NCBI GenBank assembly: GCA_951406725.2
Contig: OX597817.1
Location: 104,966,001 to 105,030,000, forward strand
Direction: 5' to 3'
DNA length: 64,000 bases
Source of the DNA: Octopus vulgaris
Lineage: Eukaryota
A program made the position numbers and the translations under genes. The notes beneath the pieces were generated by a model that searched no databases, was not told the DNA's origin, and worked only from the letters and a program-made list of their open reading frames with translations. The first letter of the stretch is position 1, and every line of letters begins with the position of its first letter. Positions 13,314 through 24,249 of this stretch are shown here, piece by piece.

Positions 13314-13315
<2 letters not shown>

Positions 13316-13376
<61 letters not shown>

Positions 13377-13434
13377 CACATACACACATGTATACATATA
13401 TACACATACATGCAGATGTATACATACACATACA

Positions 13435-13499
<65 letters not shown>

Positions 13500-13522
13500 A
13501 TATATGTATGTATGTGTATATA
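13316..13522. repeat. (TA)n/(TACA)n compound microsatellite
   Basis: Direct inspection. Confidence 0.93.
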
Positions 13523-13687
13523 TCAAAAGTCAATATTTATATTCAACTTAACGTGGATGTATTGTTAAAGCACTGAATACTGCATTATTTACCTTGAGAG
13601 GACATCTCACATGGACGCATGGTACATTAAAAGGACATATATTTATACTGCTGGCAGACGAGGCCAGTCTGCTCCGGCGCCGGAACG

Positions 13688-13729
13688 GCCAGATCACCTG
13701 ATTTCGACATGCCCCGTGTTTTCAGTGGC
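13688..13729 (-). ncRNA. Degenerate type I hammerhead motif
   Basis: GCCA-CTGAAAA-cacggggcatgtc-GAAATCA-gg-TGATC|TGGC: stems I and III intact, G8A without compensation, weak stem II. Confidence 0.45.
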
Positions 13730-13953
13730 AGACGTCCACAGATAGCTACTTTTTAAAAAGCTTAACTACTTGCGTTATCAGTGCTTGTATAGTCACTGAA
13801 ATTCCACATATCTCTGGGAGTGAGATATGACTGGTATGCGCTTCTGCCGCTAATTATATATATATATATATATATATTATATTTTGTGAAATTTGATTTA
13901 GTATTTCTAAATTGAATTTTTCCCTGTAAGTTTGGAATAATATTCCCTTATAT

Positions 13954-14047
<94 letters not shown>

Positions 14048-14055
14048 GTGCATAC

Positions 14056-14765
14056 ACGAGGGTGAGCTGAGAAGTTCATAGGCTGACTATGAAGGAGTGA
14101 TGCTATAGCTGTGAAATTTTTAATGCATCATTTCAACTCTTGTTATTAATAACTGCATTGTTTTTTGCCAGGTAAACTGACATATAAGTGTTCAAAGACT
14201 TCAGAAGTAATTAGTAGCGACTTTTCTTGAAAAAATTTGGCATCGTAGTTTTGATCAATTATCTGCAGAAAAGAGAGTCACGCTGACATGCTTGCTACAT
14301 TAGTGGATGACACTCCCATGCAAAAGTAGGCAGCATAATTTAGAAGGGGAAGGGAGATTCTTGAAGGTCATTCAAAGCCTAGACGTCATGAAACTGCCAC
14401 CACTGAGGAAAAACATTGATCGTGTTCAGCACATTGTTATGGATGACAGGCGATCGACTCTAAATCAAATAGTCAATGTTATTAACATATTCTGTGAGAG
14501 AGTTGAGAATATTCTGCACAATGAACTTGGCATGGCAAAGGTTTCTGCTCGGTGGGTGCCACATCTGACACCTGAACAAAAAAGTGCACCAGGCTGACCA
14601 CATCACTGGAATATCTGATATTATTGGATGCAGATCCAGCTGGTTTCCTTGAACGTTACCTAACCCAGGTTGAGTGTCAGGTTCATCAGTTTGAACAATA
14701 TTAAGAGACAATCCATGCATTGGAAAGGCGATGGCCTCAGTTGTTTGGAATGCAAAAGGCATTTC
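14056..14765 (+). mobile_element. mariner transposon remnant
   Basis: TIR-like start ACGAGGGTGAGCTGAGAAGTTC; ILHNELGMAKVSARWVPHLTPEQK; MASVVWNAKGI. Confidence 0.85.
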
Positions 14766-15354
14766 CAAATTGAAATCCCCTACGCTTTCTAACAACAAAA
14801 TTACAAGAAAACCTCAAGAAACTGGTTTAATGCTAATTCATTGTTTTAAATCACTGAATAGAATGTGATGTTTTACTGCATTCGTGTAATTTCTTTAGTG
14901 TTAGTTTATAAAACGACTTAAAATATCGTTCTGTATGTCTCACTTAAAGTGGACATTCTGTGGAAAGCCAGAAAACATATATATATCCGTAGAAGATAAA
15001 AAGCGTCAAGCAGCGGTAGTGGAATTGCTAAGTCCAGATTTCTTTGAGCGTCATCAGTAACAAGTATTTTATAGCAGCCGCATGCCGAGACAAATTTAGC
15101 TTATACTGATATAGAAAAACAGTGATTAACAAATCTTTCTGGAAAGTTCTGTTGAAAGCGGTGTGACAAAGCTGGCTCTTTGAATTATAAGGACAAAGGT
15201 CTTCGAAGTTTCTGTCTACCCTTTCTCATTCTCAAGGCTTAGTCAACGTGAGGCTATGAAAAAGATGCTATGCTGTCTGATCAAACTCAGCACATCACAA
15301 TTGCGAAGGGAGCTTCTTAATTATTCAGTCTAACTATTATTTGTAGTATTCAAA

Positions 15355-15560
15355 GGGAGCAAGCTGGCAGAATCGTTACTACGCCGGACAAATGCTTAGC
15401 AGCATTTCTTCTAGCTCAGTGTTCAAATTTTGCCGAGGTTGTTTTCCATCCTTTCAGAGTCAATAGAATAAGTACCAATCAAGTACTTGGGATCGATGTA
15501 ATCAACTAGCCCCCCTCTTACTAAACTTCAAGCTTTGTGCCTATAGTAGAAAGAATTATT
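15355..15560 (+). mobile_element. tRNA-derived SINE family B
   Basis: AGCTGGCAGAATCGTTA...GTTCAAATT...AATAAGTACCA...GGGATCGATGTAATC, shared with many copies in the window. Confidence 0.75.
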
Positions 15561-15777
15561 TCTGTTATATAAATCTTTGCTGTGACGTTTTTTTTTTGTT
15601 CTAGCTTAAATTGTGACATTTTCCCTATGTGTTTACCCTCCGTTCCTTGCCCAGAATTTACTGCATCTTGCATCTTTCCAGAAAGATGAAATATTGCCAC
15701 TTCCTTTCCTTCCGTAAAAACTGTTATCTTAACAGGAGTAGAGATATTCGTACTCAAAACAATGGAAATATATATGA

Positions 15778-15831
<54 letters not shown>

Positions 15832-16150
15832 AAAAGAAACTAAAGAAAAATAACAAGCAAATAACTCGTTATATTACTGCCAAAATGTAGAAAGCAAATG
15901 AGGCGGTGAAGTAAGTACGCGAGATTTATAGGTTTATATAATTATGTATGAGATTCTATACTTGTTCCATTGAACGGAAAATATATCATGACTTGTTTAC
16001 CAAAGAAAAGAATCTTGCTGAGTGTGATAACTAGAAGGCTACGTCGTTATATAAGTACCAGGTAAGATGTACATCGAATATTCTGAAGTAAAAAAAAAAA
16101 ACTTAAATGAAATATATATATATGTATATATATGTATATAGAGAACCAAC

Positions 16151-16555
16151 TTACTTAGAAATGGATGCGTGCGTTCCGTCATATAATAACAAATTAATAA
16201 ATAAAACATATGCATATATACATACATATATGTACGTACCTACATCTACATGTATATATACATGCATATATGGGTACAGGACACCAAAAAATCATCGAAC
16301 ACAATGAGAAACGAAAACATAAACACAAAACCAAGGAAACGGACATTTTTCTTAAACAACGAAAAAATAGAGTACAGGACATACAACACAAGGAAAATTC
16401 CCCATCTTCAGTCGCCTCTGGTTCATCTACTCCTCGTTTCGAAGGTCAAGGCGAGACACGACTTCGGTGAAACATTCTTTCCCGCAAAAAGCAAATTAAA
16501 TAAAATTTGAGATTTATTTGCGGAGGGGTAAAAATGGTAACAAAAACAGGACAGT
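16151..16555 (-). mobile_element. Permuted-hammerhead repeat, copy 3 (left arm of a ~1.1-kb fold-back)
   Basis: Near-identical reverse complement of 16972-17316; mirrored ORFs in the track confirm this. Confidence 0.85.
16400..16461 (-). ncRNA. Hammerhead ribozyme motif, non-circularly permuted (copy 3)
   Basis: TCGTG-TC|TCGCC-ttgac-CTTC-GAA-ACGAGG-(15 nt)-GGCGA-CTGAAGA-T-GGGG. Stem I UCGCC/GGCGA is compensatory relative to copy 1. Confidence 0.65.
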
Positions 16556-16971
16556 AAAGACAGTACAAATTATAAACAGTAAAAGACAGGGCAAGGAGAA
16601 TAACAGTAACATAAACAATGAGGGCTGTTAAGCCAAACGAGAGAAAATATTATGAACGCTTGTTGAGAACGGCAGAAAGAGACACAGAAAAGCCGTCTAC
16701 GCTCGAGGGAAGCGAGGTCAGAAAGACAGTAGTTTTCTCGTCGCTGGTCAACGACGGGACAGAGGAGGAGTAAGAGAGAGGGGAGGAAGGGATTAGTTGT
16801 AGAGAAAACCAGAAAGAATGAATGAGAGAGACAGAGAGGGAGAGACAGTAAGGTAGAAGAAAAGGAAACCAGAAAGAATGAAGACTGCTCTCTCTCTCAT
16901 TCTTCATTCTATCTGGTTTTCTCTACAACCATTCTCTTCCCCCCTCTCTTACTCCTCCTCTGTCTCGTCGT

Positions 16972-17316
16972 TTTTGTTAACATTTTTACCCCTCCGCAAA
17001 AAAATCTCAAATTTTATTTAATTTGCTTTTTGCGGGAAGGAATGTTTCACCGAAGTCGTGTCTCGCCTTGACCTTCGAAACGAGGGGTAGATGAAACAGA
17101 GGCGACCGAAGAAAGGGAATTTTCCTTGTGTTGTATGTCCTGTACTCTATTTTTTCGTTGTTTAAGAAAAATGTCCGTTTCCTTGGTTTTGTGTTTATGT
17201 TTTCGTTTCTCATTGTGTTCGACGTTTTTTGGTGTCCTGTACCCATATATGCATGTATATATACATGTAGATGTAGGTACGTACATATATGTATGTATAT
17301 ATACTTATGTTTTATT
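16972..17316 (+). mobile_element. Permuted-hammerhead repeat, copy 4 (right arm of fold-back)
   Basis: Inverted duplicate of ~16200-16545; the motif at 17056-17117 has a mutated core CCGAAGA. Confidence 0.85.
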
Positions 17317-17599
17317 AGAAGGATATATTATCTGGACGGATATTATATTAGCTCTCAGTTGAGTGCGGGATGACGGCTGACCACAACGATCAGTATTTAA
17401 CAGTGTGTAGTCGCTGCAGCGGAAACAGGTGGTCATTATAATATGCTGTGTATAACTATGAAATAAATTCTGTGGATGTACAAGTCTCCATACTCTTTAT
17501 TATTATTAATATTACATACATACATTTGCTATTCAATCTCTGAAATTTCTAAGTAACGTTACGCTCTCCCTATTTGTTTACTTATATTCTTTTATTCAT

Positions 17600-18172
17600 T
17601 TACTTGTTTCAGTCATTTGACTGTGGCCATGCTGGAGTACTGCCTCAAAGGGTTCTTGTCGAAGAAATCGACCTCAAGACTTATTCTTTGTAAGCCTAGT
17701 ATGTATTCTATCGGTTTCTTTTGCTGAACTGCTAGGTTACGGAGACGTAAACACGCCAACATCGGTTATCAAGCGATGGTGGTAGTGGTGGTGGTGAGGA
17801 CAAACACAGACACAGTTATTGACTGCTAACTCCCAAATTTATTTATACTCTCTCTGTTTATTTCCTCCTCTTCCTTTCTGTTGAAGAGCGTAGGCTCGAA
17901 ACGTAAAAGACTTTCTCACCTTCCCGAGCGTCAAACTAATACACCTGCTTGTTGTTTATACACCTGTCTTCGTCTTTTGTTTTCAGTAAATTTTAACTTA
18001 CATACATATTCGACGGGCTTCTTTCAATTCCCGTCTACTTAATCCAGCCATAAGGCATTGGTTAGCCCGAGGCTATAGCAAAAGACACTTGCCCAAGGTG
18101 CCACGTAGTGGGACTGAACCCAGAAGGATGTGGTTCGGAAGCAAGCTTCTTACCACACAGCCACACCTGCGT
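17600..18172 (-). mobile_element. tRNA-derived SINE family A interrupted by a pLTR-like insert (~17817-18000)
   Basis: Minus-strand head ACGCAGGTGTGGCTGTGTGGTAAG (box A-like) and GGTTCAGTCCC (box B-like), CORE-like CACCTTGGGCAAGTG, 3' end ATGACTGAAACAAGT. Confidence 0.82.
17874..17909 (+). ncRNA. Minimal hammerhead-like motif, A6U core variant
   Basis: CTTT-CTGTTGA-A-GAGC-gtag-GCTC-GAAAC-GTA|AAAG. Confidence 0.6.
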
Positions 18173-18265
18173 CTATCTCCCCCCTCTCTCTCCCTCTCTC
18201 TCTCTCTCTATATATATAAATATATACGAAAGAAGGTTTGATAATGCAATTTAAAAGATGTTTAT

Positions 18266-18310
18266 TTACTTAACCGGTTTTACTCTTTGGAAAAAGATTG
18301 TCAAAAGTAA
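18266..18310 (-). ncRNA. Hammerhead-like motif, U3-A8 variant with G12A
   Basis: TTACTT-TTGACAA-tctttttccaaagagt-AAAAC-CG-GTT|AAGTAA: 6-bp stem I, palindromic ACCGGT stem III. Confidence 0.55.
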
Positions 18311-18313
18311 CAT

Positions 18314-18720
18314 AGAATATTATGAATTCAAAAAAGTTTTTTTACATAATTGCCACATTGAATATTATGAATTCAAAAAAGTTTTTTACATAATTGCCAC
18401 ATTACATGTATATATATAGTCTTTGGTAACAGGGACATGTTAAGGACATAAAGAAGTTCAACAGTGTGATGAGAATATTTGAAAAAATGGGCAGAAGAGA
18501 ATAAAGCAAATATATTATTGGAAGTTTGGTTGCGTTAATTATTGGTTGTTGCAAATTGCCACATTACATGTATATATACAGTCTTTGGTAAAAAGGACAT
18601 GTTAAGGACATAAGGAAGTACAACAGTATGATGAGAATATTTGAAAAAATGGGCAGAAAAGATTAAAATGAATATATTATACATCTCAGGGTCAGTACAG
18701 AATATTATGAATTCAAGGCG
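18314..18720. repeat. Nested tandem duplications (~45-bp and ~160-bp units)
   Basis: GAATATTATGAATTCAA at ~18314, 18360 and 18700; AATTGCCACATTACATG...GAAAAAATGGGCAGAA duplicated at ~18392-18520 and ~18554-18680. Confidence 0.8.
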
Positions 18721-19299
18721 AGTTTGTTTACTGACCTGTCCGTTTTAGCAGAAATGTTGAATTGAGAAAGATGTACCCGTTTTTTTCTGTTTATGGCTTT
18801 CCTTCAAGCATCAATGATTTTGGGGTTAGGATGAGGTGAGTATGTGTGTCTCTCTGCGTGTGTGTGAATAGATGTGTCTGTGTGTCTGTAGTATTTGGTC
18901 AGATGGCGTCTGTTTGTCAAGTGTGTGTGGTTGTCATGATGTTGTGTGTGCGTGTGTGCGCGCGTGCGTGTGTGCGTGTGTGCGTGCGTGTGTACGCATG
19001 CATGAGTGTGGATGGCATTTGACATGGTGCTGCGTGTGTATATATGTGCCTGTATGGAGGTGAGGCTGGTGTGAGTGTGCGTGCCCCTGTGTGCGTGCAC
19101 ACACACGTATACAAGCGTCTGCGTGTGTGTGGGGGCTGTTTTTGAATGGTTTCAGGATGGCGAAAATAGATGTGTGTTGTTTAAAGAATTTTTTGGGGTA
19201 GGATGGTGTGTGTATATATGCGTGTCCGCCCGTGCGCGCGCGCGTGCGCGTCTACGCGTGTGTGCGCGTGCGTACAAATGTGTGTTTATATGTTTGCAA

Positions 19300-19352
<53 letters not shown>

Positions 19353-19371
19353 AATATATATATATATATAC

Positions 19372-19585
19372 AATTGTAGCGTGGAAGGTGTTTGTAAGCC
19401 ATTTAAGAAACACACAAAAGCCGTTCGATTCACTCCAACATTTAAGTTTAATTTGTCAAAATATTTTCGTCGCTAAAATCCGCGACCTGTTCACTGACAA
19501 AAATCCGTGCTGCATCTCAAATGTTGGAGTGAATCGAACGGCTTTTGTGTGTTTCTTAAATGGCTTACCTTCCACGCTGCAATTG
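19372..19585. repeat. Fold-back pLTR-like repeat containing a G3-C8 hammerhead
   Basis: Arms ~19372-19443 and ~19519-19585 are reverse complements; same family as 51061-51323. Confidence 0.85.
19452..19501 (-). ncRNA. Type I hammerhead, G3-C8 swapped core
   Basis: TTTGTCA-GTGAACA-G-GTCGC-ggatttta-GCGAC-GAAAA-TA-TTT|TGACAAA: 7-bp stem I, 5-bp stem II, palindromic AATATT stem III. Confidence 0.75.
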
Positions 19586-22511
19586 TTTTCTTACGATGTC
19601 TGTATGTATGTATGTCCGTATGTATGTATGTATGTATGTGTGTGTGTATGTATGTATGCATGTGTGTGTGCATGTATGCATGTGTGTATGTGTGTAAGTG
19701 TGTGTCTATGTATGTATGTATGTATGTGTGTGTGTGTGTAAGTATGTGTGCATGCGTGTATGTGTGTGTATGTATGTATGTGTGCATGCGAGTATGTGTG
19801 TATGGGTGTGTGTGTATGTATGTATGTATGCATGCATGTGCGTATGTGTGTGTGTATGCATGTGTGTATGTATATGTGTATGTGCGTATATGTGTGTGTA
19901 TGTATGTGTATGTGTGTGTGTGTGCGTGTGTGTATATATGTATGTGTGTATGTATGTGTGTGTGTGTGTGTATGTGTGTGTGTGTGTGTGTATGTATGTG
20001 GTATGTACGAATGAAAGTATGAATGTATGGTGGATGATGGCTGGTAGCAAGCAGTAGGGAATTAAGGAGTGGGTGGGGGTACCCTAGCAAGTTGTTGGGC
20101 GTAAATTATGTATGTATGCGTGCGTGTGTGTGTGTATATGTATGTACGTGTGCGTTTTTTTGTGTGTATGGCGAGTAACTGTGCTTAGACTTAGTGTATG
20201 TGTGCGTGTGTGCTTGTACGTGCGCGTGTGTGTATATATACGTATGTATGATTGTGTGCGAGTGTGCTAATGTCTGTGTGTCTGTGCTTATATGTGTGTA
20301 CGTATGTGTATGTGTGAGTGCGCGTGGAGGTATATGTTGTGTGTATGTATATGTGTCGGTGTGTATGTGAATTAATGGGTGTTTGTACGTGTGTATGTGT
20401 GTGCGTGTATTGTAATTATATGTGAATGTGTGCGCGTACGTGCGCGGGAGTGAATGTATGTATGTGCGCGTGCGTACAAATGTGTGCTTATATGTTTGCA
20501 AACATACGCACACACACACAAGCACACACACACACTCACACACATATGCCCGCATATGTGCATATATATGCATGCAAGGAGACACTTCGCAACTGAAGGA
20601 AAGATGGAAAAGACTATCAGTGGTGCGGGCGCGTGCGAAACCGCAGGCCCACCCGCACAAGCGCAGACGCGATCCCGAAATAAAGCCAGCCACCAAAAGC
20701 GAGCGTGCATGCATGTGTGTATGTGTGCGTGCGCGCACACATGCATGTGTGTACGTGTGCATGCGAGTGTGTATGTAGGTATGTGTGTGTATGTATGTGT
20801 GTATGTGTGAGTGTGTTGGTGTGTATGTCTGTGTGTATGTCCGTATGAGTGTATGTAAGTATGTGTGTGTGTATGTGTATGTGTGTGTGCGTGTATGTAT
20901 GTATGTGTGTGTGTATGTATGTATGCATGTGTGTGCGTATGTATGCATGTGTGTATGTGTGTAAGTGTGTGTGGGTGTATGTATGTATGTATGTGTGTGT
21001 GTGTGTAAGTATGTGTGCATGCGTGTATGTGTGCGTGTATGTATGTATGTATGTGTGCATGCGTGTATGTGTGTATGGGTGTGTGTGTATGTATGTATGT
21101 ATGCATGCATGTGCGTATGTGTGTGTGTATATGCATGTGTGTATGTATATGTGTATGTGCGTAAATGTGTGTGCATGTGTGTGTGTGTATGTATGTGTGT
21201 GTGCGTGTGTGTATATATGTATGTGTGTATGTATGTGTGTGTGTATGTGTATGTTTGTGTGTGTATGTATGTGGTATGTACGAATGAAAGTATGAATGTA
21301 TGTATGTATGTGTGTGTACGTATGTGTGAATGTATGCGTGTGTGCGTGGGGGTGTCCTCTGGAGTTGTGTGGGCGTAATGTATGTATGTATGCGTGCGTG
21401 TGTGTGTGTGTATGTATGTGTGTGCGTGTGTATGTGGGTGTGTATGTGTGTATGTATGTATGTGTGAGTGTATGTATGTATGTCTTGTATATGTATGTAT
21501 GTATGTATGTATGTGCGTGTGTGTATGTGTGTGGTATGGGTAATGTAATGTATGTATGTATGTATGTGTGTGTGTATGTATGCGTGTGCGTGTGTATGTG
21601 GGTGTGTATGTATGTATGCGTGTGTGTGTGTATGTGTGCGTGTGTATGTGGGTGTGTATGTATGTATGTGTGTATGTATGTATGTGTGAGTGTATGGGTG
21701 TATGTCTGTACGTATGTATGTCTTATGTATGTATGTATGTATGCATAGTGTGTATGTGTGTATGTGTGTAGGTATGTATGTGGGTGTGTATGTGTGTATG
21801 TATGTATGTGTGAGTGTATGTATGTATGTCTTGTATATGTATGTATGTATGTATGTATGTGCGTGTGTGTATGTGTGTATGTGTGTGGTATGGGCGTAAT
21901 GTATGTATGTATGCGTGTGTGTGTATGTATGCGTGTGCGTGTGTGTGTGGGTGTGTATGTATGTATGCGTGTGTGTGTGTGTATGTATGCGTGTGCGTGT
22001 GTATGTGGGTGTGTATGTATGTATGTGTGTATGTATGTATGTGTGAGTGTATGGGTGTATGTCTGTACGTATGTATGTCTTATGTATGTATGTATGTATG
22101 CATAGTGTGTATGTGTGTAGGTATGTATGTGTGTGTGTATGTGTGTTTGTATGTGTGTAAGTGTGTGTGCGTGTATGTATGTAGGTAAGTATGTGTGCGC
22201 GCGTGCATGCAAGCATGTATGTGTGTATGTATGTATACACACGCAACACGCACACACGCGCACACACACAACAACACACACACACACAACGCACGCATAT
22301 GGGGCCGGCCGCACCCCAGGAGCGCGCCCGCGAACCCTCAGACAACCACACCAAAAAAACCGAACTCCATCAATCCCTCAACCAAAAAAAGGAAAGAAAG
22401 GGCGTGCGCCTAGGTACAAACACATGCAGGTGTTACTCGCAAACGCGCGCGCGCGCATGCACGTATGCGTGCACGCGCACACGTGTGCATGCGCGTGTGT
22501 GTGTACGTGCA

Positions 22512-23085
22512 TGGAGCCGGTAAAAGCAGTGGTGTTGGTGATGAAGGGGCAGGTGTTGCAGCGGGATCTAGAGCACGGGAAAGATCCGTGTGGGGCTGAG
22601 GGGGAAGAAGGGAGGGTGCTATGGACCAGGAGGTCGCGTAGATTCCGGGCTCGTTTGAAGGAGGACAGAGGTGGGTTGGGGAAAATGGGGCGGGTCGTGG
22701 GATCGAGCTGGAGGCGACGGAAGGCACGTAGTATCTTCCGACGAAGGGGTAGAGTAGAGGGGTGGAAAAGGAGGGGGAAGGGGGTGCGGTTGGGGGGGGG
22801 TGGGTGAGAGGAAGGAGAAAGGGCGGTGGTGCGGTCGATGCGACGGGCGCGGGCGAGGGCAATTGAGATTAGTGTAGGTGGGTACCCTCGGTGCCTGAAC
22901 AGGCGGGCCAGGTATTGGGTCTCGAAATCCTGGTCGCGGCTGCACAAACGTCGGAAGCGGAGGAACTGGGAGTATGGGATGGCCCGTTTGGTGTGGAAGG
23001 GGTGGGAGGAGGAGAAGTTGAGATAGAGGTGGGAATCCGTGGGTTTAAAGAAGGCGGAGGTGGTGAGAGAGTGGGAGGGGTGGTC
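22512..23085 (-). mobile_element. Penelope-like element fragment (RT C-terminus and Cys linker)
   Basis: HLYLNFSSSHPFHTKRAIPYSQFLRFRRLCSRDQDF...RGYP...RNLRDLLVHS...FPCSRSRCNTCPFI. Confidence 0.85.
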
Positions 23086-23475
23086 GATCTATGCGTGTGT
23101 GCGTGGGGGTGTCCTCTGGAGTTGTGTGGGCGTAATGTATGTATGTATGCGTGCGTGTGTCCTCCACCATCCACGACCTCATCTCCTCTTATGCTCTCCC
23201 CCCACCGCCACCAACCTCATCGTCCGCACACCCCGCACCTCCATATATATATATATATATATGTATATATCGATGGGTGAATGAATTATCCTATGTTTAC
23301 CGTCAACATGGAAAATTCGATGAACCGATACCAGGGTAGCAAATTCACGTCAGAAACACGGTTGAAGCGATCTATCCAAAGGTAGTAACTCCGGGTTCAT
23401 GTGCAGAAATTTGTGCGTTATATATGAATAAATAAATAAATGGAGTTGAACGAAGATGTTAATAAAATTCTTTTA

Positions 23476-23557
23476 CTTTCGACATATGTTTCAAAGGCAA
23501 CATGGTTTTATTACAAAGGAATAAACGGTGTAAGATGCAATCTTCTCATCAGGAAAG
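23476..23557 (-). ncRNA. Type I hammerhead with long stem-loop II
   Basis: CTTTC-CTGATGA-GAAG...CTTT-GAAAC-ATAT-GTC|GAAAG: intact core, palindromic ACATATGT stem III. Confidence 0.8.
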
Positions 23558-23874
23558 AAAGGGAGCCTCTCTCACCAACAAGACAATATAATAATTACGA
23601 TGACTGCCTACATGATAAACAAAACGTTAATAAGTGTTTAAAAGAACTGTTAGTAGAATTGACGTCAAAGTTAGTTAGTAGGAAGAGAAGGGTTAAAGGA
23701 ATAATAAATAGGGAACAAATAGAGAGGGAGGGGTACGTAGATTAAAAGAATGTTCAAAGGCTTAGGAAAGGATTTCTCTATTGAAGTGAAGTGCACGTTA
23801 AACTAATTGTTTTTATATATATGTATATATATATATATGTATATATGTATGTATGTATATATACATATACATAT

Positions 23875-23945
<71 letters not shown>

Positions 23946-24249
23946 GTGACATTATCTACATTTACGATTGCATTTTAAAACTCCAAGGTCTTTACTGTCT
24001 GCTCACACACACACACACACACACACATACATATCTAAATAGAAACATTATTATTTCTAAATCTCTCAAAGAGAGATATTCAGTAACAGTACTTTAAAGT
24101 AAAGACTAAAGTGTGGTAGTCCTGGATGGGACGAATGATACTGTTGTTTAGCCCCAGGAAACGTCGTTTGCAGCTGGCTATACGACACAATATCCTTATA
24201 TTTTCGAACAGGGAAGCTCAGCACCCCCATCCAGCACAAAGAAACGTCT

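Larger units (their letters stand above)
18830..22300. repeat. Complex compound (TG)/(TATG)/(CG) low-complexity array with higher-order duplications
   Basis: 19600-20030 recurs at ~20830-21300; 19260-19330 recurs at ~20463-20530; source of the long HT/YV ORFs. Confidence 0.9.

Noticed and set aside
20106-22354. Very long ORFs (356-660 aa) rich in H/T/Y
   Set aside because: Translations of CA/TACA microsatellite that lack stop codons by composition.
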